A stretch of 64,000 bases of DNA, taken from Leucoraja ocellata (lineage: Eukaryota). Below the pieces are notes generated by a model. It saw only the letters and a program-made list of their open reading frames with translations. It searched no databases and was not told where the DNA came from. Positions within the stretch are counted from its first letter, which is position 1. The number at the start of each line of letters is the position of its first letter. Positions 39,804 through 51,606 of the stretch are shown here, in pieces. The DNA is taken from NCBI GenBank assembly GCA_036785375.1, contig JAWMAR010003005.1, forward strand, positions 1 to 64,000. The letters are read 5' to 3'. Position numbers and translations under genes: made by a program.

Positions 39804-40835
39804 TCAATCTTCTTTTGTTGCTGCCTTAGCCACGATTTCTTGAGCGTATTTAAGGGATTCTACCGGGTTAGTGAATGTTTTTGAGATTCCCTTGAAAGTG
39901 ATACGCATCCTAGCCGGATAAAACACTCCACATATGACGCCCTTGACACCGTAGAGAGCTTCTCTGGTCTGTGAGAACTTTCTTCTCTTTTGCACAATCT
40001 CATAAGGGTAGTCCCGTAGAAGTTTAATAGAATCATTTCCATACATCATCTTCTCTCCGTGTTTAATTTTTTTCATCAGCGCTTCCACTGTTGGGATATC
40101 CCGAAGTTTGACTATGATCTGTCGTGGGTAGGCTTGTTCTCCTTGAAATCTTGGTTTAAATCTAGGTAGTCGATGTGCTTCTTCAATTACTGGTGCCTCA
40201 GGTAAATTGAGTACATGTTTGATTAAATTGGCAGTGAACTCACGAGCGTTTTCCCCCTCAGCTCCCTCTTTCACTCCACGTATTCGTATATTTTGACGTC
40301 TTGAGCGAGCTTCTAGTTCAACACATTTATCAGATACTTTTGTAAATTGGCTCTTGAGGCTGTCTAATTCTAACTTCATTGCCTCCATTTCTCCAGCCAT
40401 CTCTTCCACAACAGCTTCCAAATCTTTCACTGCAATTGCATTTGCGGAAATAGTTTCATGCACAGCCTCAAACATCTTTGTGGACTCTTCTGCCACCTTA
40501 GTAATTTTCCCCGTTAGCTCTTCTTGCACATCATCAACTCTTTTTTGCAGAGCACCAATGCCAGCGAGTATTTTTTCATTACCAGCATTAATGGATTGTA
40601 TGTTTTCCATCAAGTTTAAATTTCCAGCTTTCACATCATTTTTCAAATCTCTTACCGAGTTCTTTAATTCCTCCATTTCAGTTTTCTCTTTTGTGATCAA
40701 CTCAGTCTTAGATCGTGTAGCCATTCCAGAATCCACTCCAGAGGTTAGTTTTGCAGTTTCTTTATGTTCCTGAGTCTTCAGCAGGTGTTTTGTCACTTTC
40801 CTCTGTGGGCTCTGACCTGGAGATGTATTTTTCAT
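39804..40835 (-). CDS. L1 ORF1 protein (coiled coil + RRM-like), intact 343 aa
   Basis: LEARSRRQNIRIRGVKE, EEAHR, PRQIIVK, YPARMRI motifs. Confidence 0.9.
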   Translation of the reverse strand: MKNTSPGQSPQRKVTKHLLKTQEHKETAKLTSGVDSGMATRSKTELITKEKTEMEELKNSVRDLKNDVKAGNLNLMENIQSINAGNEKILAGIGALQKRVDDVQEELTGKITKVAEESTKMFEAVHETISANAIAVKDLEAVVEEMAGEMEAMKLELDSLKSQFTKVSDKCVELEARSRRQNIRIRGVKEGAEGENAREFTANLIKHVLNLPEAPVIEEAHRLPRFKPRFQGEQAYPRQIIVKLRDIPTVEALMKKIKHGEKMMYGNDSIKLLRDYPYEIVQKRRKFSQTREALYGVKGVICGVFYPARMRITFKGISKTFTNPVESLKYAQEIVAKAATKED

Positions 40836-41490
40836 TTAAAATGCCTTTCCCTCCGTTAAATCCACGGCGCTTACTGATGACGTCATCAGCACCGCGACAT
40901 GAAATTCCGGTAAGTCTTTAAAATCGGTCCCGACCTCCAGACCCGATTTTAACGCGAAAAATCGCGATTTATTTCAGCGGAGCTAAAAGATTTGCGACTG
41001 CTAGCAAAGCATGCCGCCACCGGAAGCCCTGCTCAGAGTCCTGAGCTAATATTTATCCTGAAACCAAACAGCTAAACACAGGTGGGCTGTGGGAGAGCTG
41101 GGAAGGGGAGGGGAAAGAGGGAGAAAGCAAGCACTACCCGACGCAGGAGATCTGCCCAGATTTGGTTTGCCGTGTGTGAGCTGGCATCAGGTACATTGTC
41201 ACAGCTGGGCAAGGAAAGACCACGGACCAATCAGTTCACCTTGTGTCACCCTGACGGTCACACGGCACAGTGATAATGGAGTTAACGACCACAATCAATC
41301 TCTGTCTTCAACTGGTCCAGGCGTGGGTGTGAGAACACCCAATGGTGGAAGGTTTTGGACACATTGATCCAACAACAACTATTTCTCCCAGAATGTGCTT
41401 CTCCTAGAATGTGCACACATCACATCCCAAGCTACCCATGTACTGCCACCCAAAACACAGACACGCACACAAAACCTTTTTCACATCACA

Positions 41491-41496
41491 TTTATT
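41491..41496 (-). terminator. Poly(A) signal for the long secreted IgW
   Basis: AATAAA on minus, ~295 nt after the CH6 stop. Confidence 0.65.
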
Positions 41497-41788
41497 GATC
41501 TTGTATTGATACATTGACACATACATAGATTTAATACCTCGTGTGATCCCATACAGGGTTAAAATCTGTTCAAGCACGGCAGAAATAGTTCTGTAAATGT
41601 ATCCAGAAGCTCAGACATTTGTGGTGAATCATGGCTGTGGCTTCATTTATATCTCGTGTGGCATTATGTTTTTAATGATTTACAAAGGTTCACATTTTGA
41701 TGATGTATTAGGGAACTAACCCATCATCCTCTGGGTCAGTTAATACATCCAGAAATGAACAAAACAAGTGTTTGAGGAATGAATCATG

Positions 41789-42174
41789 TTACACACAAGA
41801 TTTAAAGCTGTCAGTCAGAACAAGTGAGACATTGACCAGGGTGGGTTTGCTGTGAGATTTATTGATGCTTCTGAATAGACTGGTTGTGATGGATCCATGT
41901 CCCACAACACAGGAGAAGGTGGTGCCACTGTTCCAGTCCTCTGGAGAAACCTTCAACTGACTGGTCATGGTGTTCCACCCATTCCTGGTGTCCTTGGTCA
42001 CGGGCTGGTTCACGATCCCTGTCTTCAGAAGGGTGTCGTTGGCCATCCAGGCCACATAGATGTCTGCAGGAGAGAATTTGGTGACCAGGCACGTCAAGGT
42101 GGCCGTCTTATCCGTCTCCACCTCATCCAATGAAGGGGGGAGGAGGTAGACTTGAGGACGTATCTCAACTCCAT
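41789..42174 (-). CDS. IgW: IgW CH6 exon with contiguous secretory tailpiece
   Basis: CTGTTCCCAG acceptor; DGVEIRPQVYLLPPS...TLTCLV...VAW...W.SG..FSCVVGH...KSHSKPTLVNVSLVLTDSFKSCV* (NVS sequon, penultimate Cys). Confidence 0.95.
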
Positions 42175-42369
42175 CTGGGAACAGAGAGAACCTGAGTTAG
42201 ACTGAATCTGTCGATAATTCTGTACTTACACAATACATTCCAATCTTATACTGACATGGACCCCGTTTACATCCTGAGGGACCTCAGTTCACCTGGAACT
42301 AAAGGCTTTTCCTTTCTGTTCATTGTAGGGATGTATGGAATAGAAATCATGCCTCTGGTGCATTTTACA

Positions 42370-43110
42370 GGGCAGCATGGTGGCGCAGCGGTAGAATTGC
42401 TGCCTACAATGCAAGAGACATGGGGTTTGATCCCAACTATGGCTGGTGCCTGCATGGAGTTTGTACGTGACCATGTGGGTTTTCTCCGGGTGCTCAGGTT
42501 TCCTCCCACACTACAAAAATGTACATGTTCTCTGTATGGCGGGACTGTCATATGCTGAGAAAATGGAGTGGCTGGGCTTGTATACTCTGGAATTTAGATG
42601 GATGAGAGGGAATCTGATCGAAACATAAGATTATTAAGGGTGTGGACACGTTAGAGGCAGGAAACATGTTCCCGACATTCAGGTAGTCCAGAACCAGGGG
42701 CCACAGTTTAAGAATAAGGGTTAAACCATTTTGAACAGAGATGAGGAAACACTTTTTCACACAGAGAGTTGTGAATCTGTGGAATTCTCTGCCTCAGAGG
42801 GCGGCGGAGGCTGATTTTCTGGATACTTTCAAGAGAGAGCTAGATAGGGCTCTTAAAGTTAGTGGAGTCAGGGGATATGGGGAGAAGGCGGGACCGGGGT
42901 ACTGATTGGGGATGATCAGCCACGATCACATTGAATGGAGGTGCTGGCTCGAAGGGCCAAATGGCCTACTCCTGCACCTATTGTCTATTGTCTATTGTTT
43001 GTAGGCTAATTGACTTGGTTTAATTGTAAATTGTCCTTGGTATGTGCTGGGTAATGTTAGTGTGCGAGGATCGCTGGTTGGCGTGGACTTGATGGGCCGA
43101 AGGGCGCTGT
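42370..43110 (+). mobile_element. tRNA-derived SINE split by a CR1 3' fragment (~42531-42998)
   Basis: GGGCAGCATGGTGGCGCAGCGGTAG head and GGTTTCCTCCCAC core; CR1 piece ends in (CTATTGT)n; SINE resumes TTGTAGGCTAATTG. Confidence 0.7.
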
Positions 43111-43544
43111 ATCTCTAAACTAAACTGAACTATAGCTTCCAGTGAGTTTAAATTGGTTAGTTAATCAACAGGAACCACTGAATGCTGAGACTCTACAGAA
43201 AATGGAACTCAGTCCTTGGACCAGCCTGTTTCTGCGCTGTCTGTTCCATCTCCCCTTCTGCTTAAATGATTGGCTGGTGTTTGCCTCAAGCTCCCTGCCC
43301 TTCCAGTCCTGACTCAGTCTGTATCTCGGCTTGTGAAAGTTGCAATTCCCTCTCCCTCGATTCTATCTAAGCAACTCACGCTGAGGGAATAAGTGTGGTA
43401 ATGGGCGAGGCTGTCGTGGTGACTTGGGACATTAATGATGTGGTTATTCAGCTGAGTTTAATCTTATTTTAACACTCTCTGACCATCTGTAAGTCCACCC
43501 AATATCCATTAGATATCCACTGGAGATCAGAAAAATCCAAAAGA

Positions 43545-45125
43545 ATCTGAGAAAAACTATGAAATTCTTAATCGGATTGATGAAGGGGAGCCAGTATATG
43601 TATTGTATCTAGACTTTCAGAAAGCCTTTGATAAGGTCCCGCACGGGAGACTGGTGACTAAAATTAGAGCACATGGTATTGGGTAGGGTGTTGCCATAGA
43701 TAGAAAATTGGTTGGCAGGCAGGAAGCAAAGAGTAGGAGTGAACAGGTCCTTTTCAGAATAGCAGGCAGTGGCGAGTGGAGTGCCGCAAGACTCGTTGCT
43801 GGGGCCGCAACTGTTTACCATATATATTAATGATTTGGAAGAGGGAATTAGGAGTAACACTAGCAAGTTTGCGGATGACACAAAGCTGGGTGGCAGTGTG
43901 AACTGTGAAGAGGATGTTAGGAGGTTGCAGGGTGACCTGGACAGGTTGAGTGAGTGGGCAGATGCGTGGCAGATGCAGTATAATATAGATAAATGTGAGG
44001 TTATCCACTTTGGTGGCAAAAACAAGGGGACAGATTATTATCTCAATGGGGTTAGGTAAGGGGGATGTACAACGAGACCTGGGTGTCCTTGTACAATGGT
44101 CACTGAAAGTTAGCGTGCAGATACAGCAGGCAGTGAAGAAAGCTAATGGAATGTTGGCCTTCATAACAAGAGGGTTTCAGTATAGGAGTAGAGAAGTTCT
44201 TCTGCAGTTGTATAGGGCTCTTGTACGACCACATCTAGAGTATTGAGTACAGTTTTGTCTCCTAATTTGTGGAAGGACATCCTTGCGATTGAGGCATGTG
44301 AAGTGTTGGTTCACGAGATTGATCCCTGGGATGGCGGGACTGTCATATGAGGAAAGATTGAAAAGACTAGGCTTGTATTCACTGGAGTTTAGAAGAATGA
44401 GGTGGGATCTTATAGAAACATATAAAATTATAAAAGGACTGGACAAGCTAGAAGCAGGATAAATGTTCCCAATGTTGGGCGAGTCCAGAACTAGGGCTCA
44501 GTCTTAGAATCAAGGGGAGGCCATTTAAGACTGAGGTGAGAAAAAACTTTTTCATCCAGAGAGTTGTGAACTTGTGGAATTCCCTGCCACAGAGGGCAGT
44601 GGAGGCCAAATCACTGGATGGATTTAAGATGCAGTTAGATGGAGCTCTAGGGGCTAGTGGAATCAAGGGATATTGGGATAAGGCAGGCATGGGTTATTGA
44701 TTGGGGACGATCAGCCATGATCACAATGAATGGTGGTGCTGGGTCGTAGGGCCGAATGGCCTCCTCCTGCACCTATTTTCTATGTTTCTATGAACAGGTG
44801 AGGCAGAGGAAGAATGTTTCAGATATTGGTGAATCCAGGCCAGGAGATGACAGTCTGAGGTGAAGGTGTGTAGGTGTGAGAGGGGGAGAAATGTCTTCAC
44901 ACAGACAATGGTGAACCTGGACATTCTCTGCCACAGACAGCACTGAAGCCCAATTATTAGATATATGCAAGAATGAGTTGGATCCAGTTCTTAGGGTAAA
45001 GGGATCAAGGGATATGGAGAGAATGCAGGAAGAGAGTACTGAATATGGATGATCAGCCGTGCTCATATTGAATGTCTGTGCAGGATTGAAGGGCTGAATG
45101 GCCTGCTCCTGCAATTATTTTCTAT
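43545..45125 (+). mobile_element. CR1-like RT fragments in the CH5-CH6 intron
   Basis: LDFQKAFD, GVPQ, FADD, RPHLEY motifs; same subfamily as 13611-17600. Confidence 0.85.
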
Positions 45126-45190
45126 GCTGGATGTGATAAGTGTGTCCATTTGCTCAGATCAGACTTGCACCAACCTCTGTCAACACGTAC

Positions 45191-45511
45191 CTGTCAGCTT
45201 CTGCAAAGATCTGCTCTCCGGTGTTGGCAAACTCTTGTCCTCCACAACACAGGTGTACAGAGCCCCACTCTCCCACTCTGCAGCGGGGACCGTCAGTCCG
45301 CTGGTGATGGTGTCTGTACCTCCGATCCTCTCTACACCACGAGTTGTCACCCCGTCTTCTCTCTTCATTTCATTCACTTGCCAGGTGACCCTGAATCCCT
45401 CTAAATCACCGTGAACCACCTTACACAGAATGGTGGCTGTCTTGTTGATCCAGATCTCTTCGAAGGAAGGTTTGCTTAAAGTGACCGAGGGGCGGGTATC
45501 TGAACATTCAT
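45191..45511 (-). CDS. IgW: IgW CH5 exon
   Basis: 321 nt, TTTCTCCCAG acceptor, ACAG|GTACGT donor; DECSDTRPSV...EEIWINKTATILCKV...VTW...W.SG..YTCVV. Confidence 0.95.
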
Positions 45512-45947
45512 CTGGGAGAAATCACATTTATTATGTCATCGTTCCCTGATGGAGCAGCTTGCCACTGAAGTATTTTGTGCACATCTCCACTGAATGATAT
45601 GCTGGTCCCATCAACATCAGGGAGATTTATCTACATTGATGTAGGAATGAAGCTTCCTATTGATCCCACAAGGAAACCGTGCTAAACAATGTGAATTAAC
45701 AAGTTGACATTTACATTACTTGACAGTTTTGTGATCACTGAACCTGCTACCATCTATTTACTGAATCAAATGTATAAAATTCCCTCTGAGGAGAGGCAAA
45801 TCGAGCTAATGTTTGAGGTCAAAATGTTCAGTTCAGTTTAGTTTATTGTCACGTGTACCGAGGTACAGTGAAAAGCTTTTGTTGCGTGCTAACCAGTCAG
45901 CAGAAAGTTCTTCACTTTATATTATAAAATAGAAGCAGAGGCATTAT

Positions 45948-45953
45948 TTTATT
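45948..45953 (-). terminator. Candidate poly(A) signal for the CH4-linked secretory exon
   Basis: AATAAA on minus, ~185 nt after the stop at 46139. Confidence 0.5.
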
Positions 45954-46138
45954 TAGTCGCGAGTGGTCCGGAGTAGGATGAAGAAAGGTCTCGACTCAAA
46001 GCCTCACCTCCCCATGTCCTCCAGGGATGCTGCCTGACCTGCTGAGTTACTCCAGCATATTGTGTCCTTTCATTTAGTCACAACTGTTTAAATGCATTTT
46101 GTATCCAAGAGGTGTAACTAAACTCTCCTGCTGCTTTG

Positions 46139-46263
46139 TCAGAATGTAGTGTGTTGCAGCCGGCCTGTTCCAGAGGCTGCTACACATTGCCCAGACTGAC
46201 TGTAGCCACTGGGGCAGGGAGAGAGCTGCTCTGCTGGACACCCTGTCACAGCTGAGGCACCCA
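46139..46263 (-). CDS. IgW: Candidate second secretory exon after CH4 (41 aa, 3 Cys)
   Basis: CTTTCCCTCTGCCTTTGTACTTAATGCCAG acceptor, phase 1; VGASAVTGCPAEQLSPCPSGYSQSGQCVAASGTGRLQHTTF*; downstream AATAAA. Confidence 0.6.
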
Positions 46264-46507
46264 CTGGCATTAAGTACAAAGGCAGAGGGAAAGACCGTTT
46301 TGAAGAAGAGTAATGTGGATCTCCACCGTGTCTGGCCTGTCGACTGGCTTGGATTGCCCTCAAGTTACTAAAGCAATGTCAAAGATACAATTATTTCTGT
46401 GGCAAGATTCACTTACAAGCCCACAACAGGACTGCACCATGTTACAATGCTGCCCATGTGTGGCACAGTTTACAATGTGGAGAATGGAGTGAATCCCAGG
46501 AGCCTAC

Positions 46508-46825
46508 CTTGGATGTTCTTCACATCCTTCGTGATGATGGTGTTGGAGGCGCGATGATACACTGTACAATTGAAACGTGAGCCTGACTTCCAATCCTCTG
46601 TACTCATGGTCAGGAAGTGGCTGGCACTGAAAGTGCCCGCCTGCTCCAGAGCAGTTGGTGCAGCGCTGGTGTTGTTGGAGATCAGGGCACCGTCTTTACT
46701 CCAAGTGACGTTGATGAGGTCTGGGTAGAATCCAGAGACCACACACTCGAGGGTGACCTTGTGGCTATGCTTGGTCTCTTCGTGTGTTTGAAGCAGCAGT
46801 CTGACTTCAGGTTTATTTGGCTCAA
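46508..46825 (-). CDS. IgW: IgW CH4 exon
   Basis: 318 nt, CTGTTCCAG acceptor, CAAG|GTAGGC donor; VEPNKPEV...VTLECVVSGFYP...VTW...W.SG..FNCTVYH. Confidence 0.95.
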
Positions 46826-46859
46826 CTGGAACAGAGCAAAATAAATGTTAAACTCTCTC

Positions 46860-47325
46860 ATAGAGACATAGAGTGATACAGTGTGGAAACAGGCCCTTCA
46901 GCCCAACTTGCCCACCCCGGCCAACATGTCCCAGCTACATTAGTCTCTCCCGCCGTGTTTGGTACATGTCCCTCAAAACCTGTCCCTGTCTGTTTTTTTA
47001 ATGTTAGGTTAGTCCCTGCCTCAACTACCTCCTCTGGCAGCTTGTTTCATACATCCACAACCCTTTGCGTGAAGAAGTTACCCCTCAGATTCCTATTAAA
47101 TCTTTCCCCCTTCACCTTAAACCTATGTCCTCTGGTACTCAATTCACCTACTCTGGGCAAGAGACTCTGTGCATCTATCCAATCTATTTCTCTCATGATT
47201 TTATACACCTCAATAAGATATTCCCTCATCCTCCGACACTCCAAGGAATAGAGTCCCAGCCCACTCAACCTCTCCCTATAGCTCTCTAGCCCTGGCAACA
47301 TCCTTGTAAATCCTCTCTGTACCCT
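46860..47325 (-). mobile_element. CR1-like 3' fragment in the CH3-CH4 intron
   Basis: YRERL..LGLYSLE...TRGH...NFFTQRVV. Confidence 0.8.
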
Positions 47326-47373
47326 CTCTCTCTCTCTCAGTCACACCCATTTAATCACTGATCTGTTGCCCAC

Positions 47374-47676
47374 CTTTGTTATGGTTGGTCCGCGCTGACA
47401 CTGGTGAGGATGATGAAGATTGTTGGGCGAAGCACACAAACTCCACTCCGCTGGTCCACTCCTCGACGCTGGTCCGGAGTTCACTGGTCACAGGGTTTTG
47501 GGTGCCTTCATGGCTCGGTGTACGGGTCATAACTCCTTCACTTCTCTCCTTTCCTCCCACCTTCCAGGTGAGATGGACCTGGCTCGGATCACTACAGATT
47601 ACTGAACACACCAGCGTAGCGGTCTTGTTGATCCAAATCTCTTTCATGCCAGGATTTTGAATGAAGACGGCCAATG
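47374..47676 (-). CDS. IgW: IgW CH3 exon
   Basis: 303 nt, CCACAG acceptor, AAAG|GTGGGC donor; ALAVFIQNP...EIWINKTATLVCSVIC...LTW...EEWTSGVEFVC. Confidence 0.95.
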
Positions 47677-47732
47677 CTGTGGATCAGAAATGGAAAAGTT
47701 CAGAATTTTAGTTGAGACTCATCTGTTACTAA

Positions 47733-48069
47733 AGGGCCTGTCCTGTCCCACTTACGCAACTTTTTCAGTGACTGCCGGCACCCGTCATAGGTCGTTGCAG
47801 GTCGCCCAAAATTTTCAACATGTTGAAAATCCAGCGGCGACCAGAACAAGGTACGAACCATTGGGCGACTACTCATGACCATACAGGCTTCACCTATGTC
47901 GGCAGGGTGTCACCTGTATGGTCGTGAGTATTCTCCTCAGTTCCCCAAAGAGCCATAGCGCCGGTCTGGTCGTAGCTGAATTTTCAACGTTAACATTTTT
48001 CAGTGACCTGCTGCGACTATGACAGGTGCTGGCAATCGCAGAATAAATTGCGTAAGTGGCTCAGGCTCT
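47733..48069. mobile_element. PIF/Harbinger-like MITE
   Basis: Same family as 19833-20160; flanked by TAA / TTA. Confidence 0.7.
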
Positions 48070-49712
48070 TTATGGAAAGGCAGGGCAGAAATCCAAACAG
48101 GTGTCTCATAAAAGAACTTTAAGATGTTTATGACATCACATATAAGACTGATCAATGGCTGATCAAACTATACACTGGCTAGATTTATTGCAAACAGAAT
48201 AGTAGAAAAACGTGTTAAATAGCAGGTTGAGTGTTTTGACTGAAAAAAAACAGAACAAAGGATCCGTCAACTGGGATTTGACTCTCTTTCCCATCACCAT
48301 GATCAGCTGGTACATTACAGGGGCACAATTTAATATGTGCTTTGCTTGGAACCCCTGCTGCATCGATTAGTAATACTGAGCAACATGAATGAGAAAAGCA
48401 ACTTTTTTCCCTGGCTGCCAAGCCTGGGATTCCCTCAGTTTAAGAATGTCACATGCTGATATCACAGCCTTACTCTGACCATGTGTCTCACCATCTCTGA
48501 AACCTTCACCACAACACAACCTTCAGTAAAGGTGTCATTCTTCCAGCTCAGGGCACTCGTAAGCCTGCACTCCTTTCACCTTTGTACCACTTGCTGTGCC
48601 ATGTTGCAGTGTTGCCCACAAACACCAAAACTCACTCAGCCACAGACTAGTGTCAGTTTAGTGTGACTGTGCTCCAGTGAAGACTTTGAGGCGTTTCAGT
48701 AATTGATAGAAGTGATCAGAAATAAATTAGTGGCTGACTCTCCAGTGACAGCAGAGCAAATCATAAATGGTTAGAAGTATCAAGGTCCCTCTGCTGCTGC
48801 AGATTGGGATGAAATTCTGCATTAGATGTATTTTCCCATTTCACATCAGAATCATTGGGCGAGGAAGAGAATGATTTATTCATTCATTGCCCCTGACTGG
48901 CCTGCACTGCCACTTGTCTTCTGAAGCAGCATCATGAGTCTAGTTGCACTCAGCTCACTCTTGTGTGTGCACTGTTTACACACTTAGTCACTTGGACCAC
49001 ATGAGCTGATTTTGCTCTCAAACACTTATTGTGGAGTGTGATTAGGTTTGTCAGAATTGAAACTTTCAGTGAGCCTGGAGATCAAAGCCTTCAGCTGCGT
49101 AGAAAGCAGAGTCTGTCTGACAGGAGACATAACATTTGTCAATGTAAGATGTTGTCTATTTCACAACCCCTCCTTCTTTAAGCAAAATGGTGAGCAAATT
49201 CCTTTCAAAAATAGTTATGTGCATGGTATTAGTGTGGATGACAGTGGTTGCAGTGTCATCAGAAATTTATAAGCCTAGTTTAACAGTGTGCAATGTTTTT
49301 GCTTTGTGAATCTTGTTTTAATCAGCAATGTGATATTGTTAAACATGTGTGTTTGCAAGATGCTCAATCCCGTCCCTTATCAGTGACAGTCGTGTAGTTC
49401 CAGCATCGTGGTGTCGGGGGGAAACCGCCTCCTATGAAACCTGGCAGAGTATGGATACTCTCCATCCTGTCAAATACTGGTATCTTCCACAAGAGACATT
49501 TTGTCTTGCTCATCCTTAGATGATTATAACCAAACACGTCCATTCCTTGCAACATTCCTTGCATTCCCTGAGTTTCTCCTTTGGACTGAGGTCTGTGTCC
49601 GGGAGGTGGGTTAATAAATCTGTGGCAATTTGTGCTAACTACAGTTTTCACCCAAAGCCAGTATAGGACAGGAGACCGGTTAGAGCCCTGGATCTTGCCT
49701 CACCAGTTTGCA

Positions 49713-49718
49713 TTTATT
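49713..49718 (-). terminator. Candidate poly(A) signal for the short secreted IgW
   Basis: AATAAA on minus, ~325 nt after the stop at 50041. Confidence 0.55.
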
Positions 49719-50040
49719 ATAGGGTCACCCTATTTTTTACTGAGCCACTTTGACATTTCACACCGTTTACCTTAAACATCTCCTGCCTTTCGATCTCTGG
49801 GTGGTCCTTGCTGACTAGAGTCTGAGCATGAATAAATCTGGCCAGTGGCACTGGGATGTGAAGCAACAATGTCTGCAAATGAATGAACACACAGGCAACT
49901 AGTGGAAGGGAGAGGGAGACAGCTTGAATTGGGTATTTCCCACACTCTGGTACACTTTGATCCCAGTAGATACCAGGGGTTGGATTTGAATCTTATAAAT
50001 GGGTAGTAATAATAGAATGACAAATTCCATACGCAGCCAA

Positions 50041-50168
50041 CTACTTTATTTCACACTTTCCTGCCCAACAATGATACTGCTGGGTAGAACCATCTGAGAA
50101 TAACACATTGAGATTGCTCTGGTAGATGAACTTCGGCAGACACTTCGAACAGCCGGGACATTTTCCAC
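50041..50168 (-). CDS. IgW: IgW short-form (IgX) Cys-rich secretory exon
   Basis: TTCCATTTCCAG acceptor, phase 1; GGKCPGCSKCLPKFIYQSNLNVLFSDGSTQQYHCWAGKCEIK* (5 Cys). Absent from the ORF track. Confidence 0.92.
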
Positions 50169-50404
50169 CTGGAAATGGAAGATTAATTGATTTAAATGTT
50201 AAGAGATTTTTACCTCCTGTGTTGAGGAAAGAGGAGATTCACATATTCCCAGTCTGTGTCCTCAGTATTTATCAGCATAAGATTATGCCGACCACGATAA
50301 ACTGCTTCACTTTGTCCAGGATCAGACAATACTTTAAAGAGTGTGGAGATGAGTTCAAAAATAATCCAGGCACTGACATTTCAATGAAAGGGAAAGGGCA
50401 ATCT

Positions 50405-51245
50405 ACAGGTGAGTTGGACAGTTTGGGTGAGTGGGCAGATGCATGGCAGATACAGTTTAATGTGGATAAATGTGAGGTAGCAAAAATAGGAAGGCAGATT
50501 ACTATCTTAATTGGGTCAAATTGGGAAATGGGGACATACAATGGGATCTCGGGGTCCTTGTTCATCAGTCAATGAAAATAAGAATGCAGGTACTGCAGGG
50601 AGTGAAGAAAGCGAATGGCATGTTGGCCTTTATAACAAGAGGAGTTGAGTATAGGAGCAAAGAAGTCCTTCTGCAGTTGTACAGGGCCCTAGTAGAGACC
50701 ACACCTGGAGTATTGTGTGCAGTTTTGGTCCCCTAATGCGTGGAAGGACATTCTTGCTATTGAGGGAGTGCAGCGTAGGTTCATCAGGTTAATTCCCTGA
50801 TTGGCGGGACTGTCATGTGCTGAGAGAATGGAGCGGCTGGGCTTGTATACCCTGGAGTTTAGAAGGATGAGAGGATATCTTATTGAAACATATAAGATTA
50901 TTAAGGGTTTGGACACGCTAGAGGCAAGAAACATGTTCCTGATGTTGTTGGAGTCCAGAACCAGGGGCCACCGTTTAAGAATAAGGGGTAAGCCATTTAG
51001 AACGGAGACGAGGAAATACTTTTTTCTCACAGAGAGTTGTGAGTCTGTGGAATTCTCTGCCTCAGAGGGCTGTGGAGGCCAGTTCTCTGGATACTTTCAA
51101 GAGAGAGCTAGATAGGGCTCTTAAAGATAGTGGAGCCAGGGGATATGGGGAGAAGGCAAGAACGGGGTACTGATTGGGGATGATCAGCCATGATCATATT
51201 GAATGGCAGTGCTGGCTTGAAGGCCTACACCTGCACCTATTGTCC
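50405..51245 (+). mobile_element. CR1-like 3' fragment
   Basis: WADAWQIQFNVDKC, KKANGML, TRGH motifs. Confidence 0.8.
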
Positions 51246-51606
51246 ATACAGAACACTCAAGAAACAAGATGGATTTGGAGAAACTAACACAAAGAAGACA
51301 GTGAGAAGGGAAGAAAGATCTTCTCCAGATATCGAATGGGACCTGTGGTTTAATCACTGTCCATTTTTCTTACCACTGCACACAAAGGCAACTAGAGGAG
51401 TGAGAGTAAACACACTGGTGAGCTTCCTCTCTACATGTCCTGTAGAATGAGTTAGAATTACAGATGGAAAGCATTGGCTTAAATTGCAAAAAGCCAAATG
51501 TGAACATAATACATCGCTCAACAGGACTGATCACAGCAACAGGAATTTGGTGGAAATGTCAGTAAGATTGTTTAATGCTGTAAGTAAATTAATAGACGCC
51601 ACTCAC

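Larger units (their letters stand above)
33903..41028 (-). mobile_element. Full-length L1-clade LINE with 14-bp TSD
   Basis: TSD CTGCTCAGAGTCCT at 33889-33902 and 41029-41042; A-rich tail; ORF1 and ORF2 present. Confidence 0.95.

Noticed and set aside
41230-41300. Minus-strand HYHCAV and a plus-strand CACAGTG suggesting a V remnant or RSS
   Set aside because: Flanked by stops, no V framework, no nonamer.
48490-48700. Minus-strand fragments LTLVC...W...FTEGCVV resembling a decayed C exon
   Set aside because: Cys-Cys spacing is only 42 codons, there are in-frame stops, and no clear acceptor.
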